Source: Dehalococcoidia bacterium
GTDB lineage: Bacteria > Chloroflexota > Dehalococcoidia > UBA2247 > RBG-13-53-26
NCBI GenBank assembly: GCA_016932645.1
Contig: JAFGCL010000033.1
Coordinates: 1-42,986 of the forward strand
DNA length: 42,986 nt
Reading direction: 5' to 3'
In this document: positions 1 through 7,326 of the stretch, piece by piece
Layout: the number at the start of each line of letters is the position of its first letter
Position numbering within the stretch: the first letter of the stretch is position 1
Notes under the pieces: model-generated
Databases searched by the model: none
What the model was told of the DNA's origin: nothing
The model's input: only the letters and a program-made list of their open reading frames with translations
Program-made: the position numbers and the translations under genes

Positions 1-2
1 GA

Positions 3-102
3 CAGGGGTCGGAGTTCTGACTGTCACAGCAGGCGGGACTGTGCCGGAATTCCACCGGACTTGCTGCCGTATTGAGCCCTCGCTCTCGCTCGGGCACCCC
101 TG
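3..102 (-). promoter_or_regulatory. Cobalamin (B12) riboswitch aptamer, short class-II-like form. The regulated gene lies beyond the left edge.
   Basis: The minus strand reads GGTGGAATTCCGGCACAGTCCCGCCTGCTGTGACAGTCAGAACTCCGACC. This matches the conserved GGTG.AA.TCC / CCCGC.CTGT core and the AGTCAGAA..CC B12 box. The closing helix pairs CAGGGGT (102-96) with ACCCCTG (9-3). Confidence 0.55.
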
Positions 103-125
103 CATAGGGTATTTCTGACAGAATC

Positions 126-154
126 AATATATCATCTGGTATGCTAAAAGGCAA
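126..154 (-). promoter_or_regulatory. Sigma70-like promoter for the riboswitch leader
   Basis: Minus strand: TTGCCT (154-149), 17-nt spacer, TATATT (131-126), about 25 nt upstream of the aptamer. Confidence 0.35.
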
Positions 155-299
155 ATCCCTGCAAGCATCAGGTCAGAGACAGTCTCCTTGTGCAGAATGG
201 CCGGTAGCTATTGCCGCGACGCCGCCCTCGGCGCAGAAACCCTGGCTGGTTTCAATCGCAGCCCGTATCATCTTCTGCGCTTCCCATGGAAAGCTGTTC

Positions 300-1193
300 T
301 TATTGTGGAGGCCCGATGGTTGCATGAACGATCTCAGCAAATGGACAGACCTGCCTCTTCGAGTTCTGGCCTTTGAAGCAAAGCTCTGTGAGATTGCTGG
401 CAGTGACGCGCTTCACTTGTGAGAAACCTCTCGCTGCCAGGAAGGTCTCGATCTCCGACCCTTCTATCCCGAACCTGATTGGTTCTCCAAGTCGCTCGCA
501 CCGAGTCTGAAGCGCCTTGGCCCACTTGTCCTTCGACCCGGGATCCACTGCCGACGCATGGAGGTAATCGAAGATGATAGAACTGCCGGGGCTGGAATTC
601 GCCACTACCAATGACAGAGTCCTGTCTACGGCCTCTGCAGTCAGGTAGGGCGTTACCCCTTCCCAGATGAAAAGGGTCTTCAAGTCTCTTCTGTAGCCCG
701 CTGCCAGCAACTTCTCGTCAAGCCTGTCTTTCTCGAAGTCAACTGGGACAAGAGTCACCCAAGTCGGCCATTCCTTAAGCACCGTCTTGAGCCTGGCCGC
801 TTTCGTCTTCTGCGTATTCGGGTGATCGACTTCGAATACCTTGACTTTGCTGAATGCCTTCAGTCTATAGGCCCTGGAGTCAAAACCGGCCCCCAATATT
901 ACGACCTGCTCAACACCGTCTTTGATGCAGGCTTGAGAGTAGTCGTCTATGTACCTGGTCCGGGCAACCCCTTCGGCTCTCGTTCCACCCGGGTCCTTGC
1001 GGACCGACCAGATCCAGAGGCTTCGCTGGAACTTGTTCTTCAGGGAAAGCCGGTACCTGCGCTGTAGATTCTCATCGAGGAACACGACAGCCAGCGGGTC
1101 GTAGCAGACCCTTCTTTCCGGAGTCATGAGCGACTCTACGGCTCTGATACCAGCCTGCTGCACTGCTGTCCTGCTTGCACTGCCTTCTATCAT
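300..1193 (-). CDS. Class I SAM-dependent methyltransferase (leucine carboxyl / mycobacterial O-methyltransferase-like family)
   Basis: 297-aa ORF. It has the VVILGAGFDSRAYR SAM-binding motif and the FIWEGVTPYLT motif typical of the TIGR00027/LCMT family. Confidence 0.8.
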   Translation of the reverse strand: MIEGSASRTAVQQAGIRAVESLMTPERRVCYDPLAVVFLDENLQRRYRLSLKNKFQRSLWIWSVRKDPGGTRAEGVARTRYIDDYSQACIKDGVEQVVILGAGFDSRAYRLKAFSKVKVFEVDHPNTQKTKAARLKTVLKEWPTWVTLVPVDFEKDRLDEKLLAAGYRRDLKTLFIWEGVTPYLTAEAVDRTLSLVVANSSPGSSIIFDYLHASAVDPGSKDKWAKALQTRCERLGEPIRFGIEGSEIETFLAARGFSQVKRVTASNLTELCFKGQNSKRQVCPFAEIVHATIGPPQ

Positions 1194-1407
1194 AAAAGCA
1201 CCTCAGAATCCTTCCGTACGGTACCACTGCGAGACTGGTTCTTCCTGGACTCTGCCCGTCTCAGGTTTGCGCAGGGATAATACAGGCTGGCATCAGGCAC
1301 TGTCAACCGCAGGCATGGTTGGGTAATACTGGTCGGTACAGAGCCCAGTCTAGCAACCGAACGTTTTGCGAGGCCGAAGCAGTAGCGTTGCTTACCACCC
1401 CCTGACG

Positions 1408-1437
1408 TTGTTTTATTCATTGAATTGATAGTATACT
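1408..1437 (+). promoter_or_regulatory. Candidate promoter of the thiC leader
   Basis: TTGTTT (1408-1413), 18-nt spacer, TATACT (1432-1437), just upstream of the TPP aptamer. Confidence 0.35.
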
Positions 1438-1452
1438 GAGACAGAATGATCT

Positions 1453-1545
1453 AGCCGCAGGGGAGCTCAGAGGCTGAGAGCCCGTCAAGTAGCGGGCAAC
1501 CCTTTGAACCTGACCTCGGTAATGCGAGCGTAGGGAGGCGGTTCC
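1453..1545 (+). promoter_or_regulatory. TPP (THI-box) riboswitch
   Basis: Contains GGGGAGC..CTGAGAG..AACCCTTTGAACCTGACCTCGGTAATGCGAGCGTAGGGAGG, a close match to the THI element consensus. It lies directly upstream of thiC. Confidence 0.9.
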
Positions 1546-1549
1546 AGCA

Positions 1550-1589
1550 GCCAAGAACCGTTGACTGAGGCTCTTGGCTTTTTGTTTTT
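1550..1589 (+). terminator. Intrinsic terminator serving as the riboswitch expression platform
   Basis: Stem GCCAAGA (1550-1556) pairs with TCTTGGC (1572-1578), followed by TTTTTGTTTTT, 13 nt before the thiC ATG. Confidence 0.7.
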
Positions 1590-1601
1590 GGAGTAGAGAG
1601 A

Positions 1602-2903
1602 ATGACGCAGTTGCAGATAGCCAGACAAGGAGTGGTGTCGCCACAGATGAAGCTCGTGGCTGAGAAGGAAGGGCTGGACGCCGAGGTCGTGCGCCAGGGA
1701 ATAGCCGACGGCACTATTGTGATCCCTGCAAATCCCGGTCACCGCAATCTGCAGCCCTGCGGCATAGGCAAGGGTCTCTCTACCAAGGTCAACGCCAACG
1801 TGGGTACCTCTTCGGACTTCCCTTCTCTGGAAAACGAACTGGAGAAGGTGCGCGTCGTCATGGAATATAAGTCCGACGCAGTGATGGACCTCAGCACCGG
1901 GGGTGACATCAATAATATCCGGCGGCACATCATCGAATTCTGCCCACTTCCGCTGGGCACCGTGCCCATCTATCAGGCGGCCATTCAGGCGGTCGAAAGG
2001 CGCGGCGCTATCGTCAACATGACTGCCGATGACATCTTCGCTGCCATCGAACAGCAGGCTGAGGACGGCGTGGATTTCATGACTGTGCATTGCGGAGTCA
2101 CGCAGAGATCCATCGAGCACCTTCGGCAGCAGGCACGGCTGACCAACGTGGTGTCTAGGGGTGGCGCCTTCCTGCTGGGCTGGATTCTTCATAACGAGAG
2201 CGAGAACCCGCTTTACGACCGCTACGATCGCCTGCTGGAAATAGCACGGCGATACGATATAACGCTCAGCTTGGGAGATGGCATGCGCCCCGGCAGCCTG
2301 TCTGACGCTACCGACCGTTGTCAGATCCAGGAACTGCTCATTCTCGGGGAACTGGTGGAGCGTGCCTGGAACGCGGGCGTTCAGGTTATGGTCGAAGGGC
2401 CAGGCCACATCCCACTGGACCAGGTAGTCACCAACGTGCAACTCCAGAAGCGTGTCTGCCGGGGTGCCCCGTTCTACGTGCTGGGGCCGCTGGTGACTGA
2501 CGTGGGCGCCGGCTACGACCACATCTCTGCCGCCATAGGTGGCGCGGTGGCCGCTGCAGCCGGTGCTGATTTTCTCTGCTACGTCACACCTTCAGAACAC
2601 CTTTCTTTGCCCACGCCGGAGGAAGTCAAGGAGGGTATCATCGGCGCCAGGATAGCCGCCCACGCAGCAGATATCGTGAAAGGCGTTAAGGGAGCGGCTG
2701 AGTGGGACCGCAGAATGTCACTGGCGCGTCGAAATCTCGACTGGGACGAGCAGATCAGGCTTTCCATGGATCCGGCCAAGGGTCGGCGGCTCCATGACCG
2801 GTTCGCCGGCAAGGCCGGAACTTGCAGCATGTGCGGGCCATACTGCGCTATGGCCCTAGTAGAGAAGTACCTTGGCATATCTCTGGAGAAGTGCCCCCAC
2901 TGA
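1602..2903 (+). CDS. thiC: Phosphomethylpyrimidine synthase ThiC (radical SAM, short form)
   Basis: 433 aa with typical ThiC sequence throughout, including the C-terminal [10 protein letters not shown] cluster motif. A TPP riboswitch lies upstream. Confidence 0.95.
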   Translation: MTQLQIARQGVVSPQMKLVAEKEGLDAEVVRQGIADGTIVIPANPGHRNLQPCGIGKGLSTKVNANVGTSSDFPSLENELEKVRVVMEYKSDAVMDLSTGGDINNIRRHIIEFCPLPLGTVPIYQAAIQAVERRGAIVNMTADDIFAAIEQQAEDGVDFMTVHCGVTQRSIEHLRQQARLTNVVSRGGAFLLGWILHNESENPLYDRYDRLLEIARRYDITLSLGDGMRPGSLSDATDRCQIQELLILGELVERAWNAGVQVMVEGPGHIPLDQVVTNVQLQKRVCRGAPFYVLGPLVTDVGAGYDHISAAIGGAVAAAAGADFLCYVTPSEHLSLPTPEEVKEGIIGARIAAHAADIVKGVKGAAEWDRRMSLARRNLDWDEQIRLSMDPAKGRRLHDRFAGKAGTCSMCGPYCAMALVEKYLGISLEKCPH

Positions 2904-2922
2904 GTCTCACTCCCGATAAGCC

Positions 2923-4158
2923 ATGAAAGCCGGTATCGTCTCCATTGGCACTGAGCTCCTGCTGGGAGAGGTAGTAGACACCAATGCCTCATACATCGCC
3001 TCCCAATTGCCGCTGCTCGGGCTTGAACTTCAGTCAGTCATAGCCGTTCCCGATCGCATGGACAGTCTGGTGGAGGCCTTTCAACAGGCGTGGCAGCGCT
3101 TCGATGTGGTGATTGCCACCGGCGGACTTGGCCCGACCCAGGATGACTTGACCCGCGAGGCCATTGCCCAGTTGCTGGGCGAGGAAATGACTGTTTCCCC
3201 CGAGCTCGAGAGTGACGTCCGAGCCATATTCGCCGCTATGGGACGAGACATGTCGCCAAGCAATATCAAGCAGGCGACGCTAATCCCTTCGGCCCAGGCC
3301 ATCCCGAACCCGCGGGGCACGGCGCCGGGGTGGTGGGTCGAGAAGAATGGAAAGCTCATGGTGGCCATGCCGGGCCCCCCTGCAGAGATGCAGCGCATGT
3401 GGGAGGTAGAGGTGATGCCAAGGCTCCGGGCAAGAATTCCGGGCGATGTGGTTCTGCTGCGAACCCTCAAGTGCTTTGGCCTGTCTGAAGCAGAGGTGGG
3501 AGAGAAGGCTGGCCGAGTGTTTGGCATGGGCAACCCCATCTTGGGCGTGTACGCCAAACCAGATGGCATTCACCTAAGGCTGATGGCCATGGCGTCTGAC
3601 CAGGAGAAGGCAACGGCCCTGATTGCCGAAGCCGAGAACAGGCTGCGCAGCACTCTGACAGACCATCTGTGGGGTACGGATTCTGATACGCTGGAGAACA
3701 CCGTGGGCCAACTCCTGTCCACCAGACACCTCACTCTGGCCACCATGGAATCATGCACTGGAGGACTGCTGGCCAGCACTGTGACCGATGTTCCCGGAAG
3801 CTCCGCCTACTTCAAAGGCGGATTTGTGGCCTACACCAACGATATGAAAGCTTCTCTGGGCGTGGATGCCGGACTCATCAAAGAGCATGGCGCGGTAAGT
3901 CGCGAGGCAGCTGAGGCCATGGCGCAAGCTGCGCGGCGACAGCTCGGGGCGGACATCGGGCTGGCGGTCACAGGCGTAGCCGGCCCAGATACATTGGAGG
4001 GAAAACCTCCTGGTCTGGTCTACATAGGGATCGCTGACGGCAAGAGCGCTCGATCAGTTGAAGGCCGATTCCCACCCCGCAGAGTGGATGTGAAGCGGCG
4101 GGCTGCTGTCTACGCGCTGTTCGTACTCAGGGAGAAACTGATCTCATCACCAAGTTGA
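2923..4158 (+). CDS. cinA: CinA family protein (MoCF-binding domain plus nicotinamide-nucleotide amidohydrolase PncC domain)
   Basis: 411 aa. N-terminus MKAGIVSIGTELLLGEVVDTN, and C-terminal CinA domain TMESCTGGLLAS...VAVTGVAGP. Confidence 0.9.
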   Translation: MKAGIVSIGTELLLGEVVDTNASYIASQLPLLGLELQSVIAVPDRMDSLVEAFQQAWQRFDVVIATGGLGPTQDDLTREAIAQLLGEEMTVSPELESDVRAIFAAMGRDMSPSNIKQATLIPSAQAIPNPRGTAPGWWVEKNGKLMVAMPGPPAEMQRMWEVEVMPRLRARIPGDVVLLRTLKCFGLSEAEVGEKAGRVFGMGNPILGVYAKPDGIHLRLMAMASDQEKATALIAEAENRLRSTLTDHLWGTDSDTLENTVGQLLSTRHLTLATMESCTGGLLASTVTDVPGSSAYFKGGFVAYTNDMKASLGVDAGLIKEHGAVSREAAEAMAQAARRQLGADIGLAVTGVAGPDTLEGKPPGLVYIGIADGKSARSVEGRFPPRRVDVKRRAAVYALFVLREKLISSPS

Positions 4159-4165
4159 CGGCGGG

Positions 4166-5101
4166 CTAACCTTCGGGCGGCAGAAATTCGTCCCAGGTCT
4201 CCCTGTCTCTCCTGGCAGACACCAACCGCAGCAGGATCACAGCACCAACCAAGCCTATCAGTCCGACTATCAACCACAGCCACCAGCGGGATGACTGTTC
4301 CGCAAACCTAGCCGTCACCGTCAGTGGTACATCAACATAAACGGTGACTGACTTCTTCGAGCCGGACAAGTCTCCTTCCCAGTAATCAAACCGGTAGCCC
4401 TTCGCGGCCTTGGCAGTGATGGTCACTTCCTTGCCCACGGCATAGCCGTTGGATGATTCCGGTTCCAGGACGACCGAGCCTCCTATGGTCGGGCTGCAAT
4501 AGACGGCGACGGTGGGGTTAAAAATGGCTACAATCGACCTGTTATCGTTGACGAGAACGGTCCTGGGGTTGTCAGTGCCGGCCAGATCACCCGTCCAGTG
4601 GCTGAAAACGTAGCCCGTCCCAGCCTTGGCGTACACAGATACGTTGTCATTGACGAGATAGCCGCCCGGGGGATGGGCTTCCGAGAACTCTATCGAGCCC
4701 CCACCGCTGGGTTCAATAGCAGCAGCCAAGGAGTAGCGAAGGTCAGACTGCACGAAGTTGGCAGTGATATGGCGATTGTTGTCGGGGTCATCTCCCATTG
4801 CGAAGGTTACCATGGTCTGGCTGGGGTCGGCGATCACATCTACTTCCCCAGTCCAGCCAACAAACACATAGCCGGTCACCGGCGTGGCGGTCAGAGTGAT
4901 GAGCGCAGTGGCGAGATACCTCGTGGCCACTGGAGAGACTGTGACTGTCCCGCCAGCCTCTGGAGTACTGACGACCGTCAGTACTTCGCACGCTCAGGCT
5001 GCGTGCGTTCTGGGTGGGATTGCCACCGGAGCCACCAAGGCGGTGGCTGCCAATAGGATCGCCAGCAGCCAGAAGGGCCGAACAGCAAGCCTGTGCCTCA
5101 C
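4166..5101 (-). CDS. Exported, C-terminally membrane-anchored protein with three InlB-B-like repeats, interrupted by one in-frame TGA (4996-4994). Candidate selenoprotein or pseudogene.
   Basis: GTG 5101 opens a signal peptide (MRHRLAVRPFWLLAILLAATALVAPVAIPP..HAA). The same frame continues past the TGA into repeats with the G[YF]xFxxW[TE]G motif and a WWL-TM-RL anchor. The ORF track reports only 4166..4930, which begins mid-repeat. Confidence 0.6.
4964..4985 (-). other. SECIS-like mRNA hairpin downstream of the in-frame UGA
   Basis: mRNA AGUACUGAC-GGUC-GUCAGUACU forms a perfect 9-bp stem with a GGUC tetraloop. The stem starts 8 nt after the UGA. Confidence 0.45.
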
Positions 5102-5139
5102 CTTGTTCTCTCCTCAAGGGCCGCGGCGCTGCTGCTCCC

Positions 5140-7050
5140 TTAATCTACAGGATATCTCCCGCGTTGAACCACCAAGACCCAGAACAAACGGATGAGGATC
5201 AAGGCGATGATCACCAACACGAGTATGAGTGGTATCAGCCACCAGGAGAACCCTCCCTTGGGTACGCCCACCGCAAACATGGTGCCTGCCAAGTCACTGG
5301 GGGCCGGTTTGCTCTTCAGAGTCAACTTCGCCCAGACGAAGTCGCCATCTTTGTCAACACCCGTCTTGGAACACTTCTTCCACCTTTGTCCGTCCCACCA
5401 GAACAGTCGCAGCGACCCCTCTTTCACCACTGCCACTTCTTCGGCAGTGTAGTACACTACTATCTCGACTTCGTCAATCGCCACGGTGCTGGAGAAAAGA
5501 ACGTCGATCCACCTTCCCTCTTCGTCATCAATATCTTTCTGACCCAGGGTCTTGTATCGAAACTCGCCCACCGGATTCTCAGCGAACTCAGCCACAGAGG
5601 CAAACGCCCTGCCGATCCCCTCTTTCGTCACAACGGTGGAGGTCTCGTTGCGGCTATTGAGGATGAAAGGCCCCGCTTGGGCGGCGACTGTCTTGACGCG
5701 CATCGGCTGCTTCGCCAGCCAAGGGTCAAACAGAATCGTATCTCCCACAGCGGGTCCTTGACCACCGGTATTGGATACATGCGACGGGCCCGTGTCCGTG
5801 CCCCACCAGTTTTCAATGGCACTGACCTTCTCAGTGCTCTGGCTGTACACCTGGGAACCGGCTGCCACAGCAGGATCGGTTCCGGGATCAACCGTTATCG
5901 TGTTGAAGCGAAGCTGATTGCCTGATGCAGTCGAGCTTAGGAAGACGGCAGAGCCTTCGGTCGCACTGTTGCCATGAAGCTTGTTCCCGCTCAGATAGTT
6001 CTCCGATCCATCGATGTACATGCCGATCACATTGTACTTGCACTCGTTCTCCAGAAGGATGTTGCTCGTGCTGTCTTCCGAGACATAGATGCCGTAGTTG
6101 TTGTCGAGGATTACGTTCCCGGAGATTACACAGCCACTGGCGTCCTCGAGCCGTACACCAGCCCCGCCGGTGTCAACGGCCCCCTCGATAGTGAACCCTG
6201 AGAGTGTCACGCAACCGGCCGTTATCTTGAACACATCTTCTGTGGCATATGGCGTCAGAAACGCCCGTACAATCGTCTTGTCAGGCCCTGCCACCGCCTT
6301 GATAGTCACGCTCTTGGCCACGGTCACGTTTTCGTCATACGTGCCCTCGTGTACCGATATCCTCCATCCATCAAACACCGAGTCAACGGCTTCCTGTATC
6401 GTCCCGTAGTCATAGCCTTCGCCTTTGCCAACGCTTGCTTCGCGGACAATGTAGGCGCGGATCAGGAAGTCTCCGGCTGGTCGCTTCATCCCCTCACTGA
6501 CCAGTCCATAGGGAGTCTTCCCATTCCACGACTCACCCGTCCTTTGATGGTCATGGAACACAGTAACTTTGAGACTATCCGCCGCCTCCACAAAGATCCA
6601 GAACTTTGTCGGGACCACAAGATCTCCGACCGGAATCTCATACCATTTCTCTGCCGTGACCTCACAGAGTATCTTTGGTATCAAGAGTTCGTTTGGTGCA
6701 AAACCGCCGGCCTTCGTGTCCATGATGTGGACTACCACCGTACCTTTGCCCCCGCCGGCATAGAAACGAACTTTACTCAGGATTGATGAGGCCACTCCCT
6801 GGGGGAGGGAGAAGAGCACCCCTTGAAAAGTCTGGCATTGCTGGCAACCCGATAGTTGGTGCGTCCACATCTGTCCATACGGGTCGCCATCATCGTACGC
6901 GAGTTCCCCGGTATCGCCAGTCCCCGAACAATCCACAATCTCTGCCACAGCCTGATGTGAATCGAGCAGCAACGGCGCAAGTGAGGATATTATCAGGAGC
7001 ATCGTCAGGACAGAAATGACGGTAGTCTTCAGCATCCTGCTCGACAACAT
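5140..7050 (-). CDS. Surface protein with a right-handed parallel beta-helix (NosD/pectin-lyase-like) domain, a signal peptide and a C-terminal TM anchor
   Basis: 636 aa. It has an N-terminal hydrophobic signal, TIQEAVDSV..G..ISVHEGTYDENVTV plus repeated GN.I..N..GIY beta-helix turns, and a C-terminal SWWLIPLILVLVIIALILIRL anchor. Confidence 0.8.
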   Translation of the reverse strand: MLSSRMLKTTVISVLTMLLIISSLAPLLLDSHQAVAEIVDCSGTGDTGELAYDDGDPYGQMWTHQLSGCQQCQTFQGVLFSLPQGVASSILSKVRFYAGGGKGTVVVHIMDTKAGGFAPNELLIPKILCEVTAEKWYEIPVGDLVVPTKFWIFVEAADSLKVTVFHDHQRTGESWNGKTPYGLVSEGMKRPAGDFLIRAYIVREASVGKGEGYDYGTIQEAVDSVFDGWRISVHEGTYDENVTVAKSVTIKAVAGPDKTIVRAFLTPYATEDVFKITAGCVTLSGFTIEGAVDTGGAGVRLEDASGCVISGNVILDNNYGIYVSEDSTSNILLENECKYNVIGMYIDGSENYLSGNKLHGNSATEGSAVFLSSTASGNQLRFNTITVDPGTDPAVAAGSQVYSQSTEKVSAIENWWGTDTGPSHVSNTGGQGPAVGDTILFDPWLAKQPMRVKTVAAQAGPFILNSRNETSTVVTKEGIGRAFASVAEFAENPVGEFRYKTLGQKDIDDEEGRWIDVLFSSTVAIDEVEIVVYYTAEEVAVVKEGSLRLFWWDGQRWKKCSKTGVDKDGDFVWAKLTLKSKPAPSDLAGTMFAVGVPKGGFSWWLIPLILVLVIIALILIRLFWVLVVQRGRYPVD

Positions 7051-7057
7051 GCGAAAT

Positions 7058-7067
7058 CCCCCCCCCC
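7058..7067 (-). repeat. G10 homopolymer (C10 on the plus strand) forming the SD region of the beta-helix surface protein gene
   Basis: mRNA reads caaGGGGGGGGGGauuucgcAUG. The tract ends 7 nt before the start codon at 7050. Confidence 0.9.
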
Positions 7068-7297
7068 TTGTAGGTCGGATTCCTCCATGCGGAACGACCC
7101 GTCATGGCTGCCACAATATACCACTCAATGCACAGAAGCACAAGTCATTTCCGGTCATTAGAGATGTGATCAGCCCTTGCCACCGATGTTGCCATGATGT
7201 CAGCAGTAGTGCTGCCCGTGTACTGCCACCGGTAGGCGGGTTTGTAGGAACGTGGCTGGTTTCGATTGTGAACCGAGCCGTTGCGTGCGGGTGACAA

Positions 7298-7326
7298 TAT
7301 TCCCCCATCGCAGAGGGGGGTCACTC
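7298..7326. repeat. Partial REP-like G/C hairpin (TATTCCCCC-loop-GGGGGG) at the 3' end of the OST gene
   Basis: TATTCCCCCatcgcagaGGGGGGtcactc shares its 5' arm and architecture with the elements at 25419 and 30496. It overlaps the OST stop codon. Confidence 0.4.

Noticed and set aside
141-422. Plus-strand ORFs 141..422 and 188..376
   Set aside because: They overlap the methyltransferase 3' end and the riboswitch promoter region. They have no SD and no similarity.
1485-2522. 345-aa minus-strand ORF
   Set aside because: It lies entirely antisense to thiC, whose identity is unambiguous. It is a typical shadow ORF of a GC-rich gene, with no SD and no motifs.
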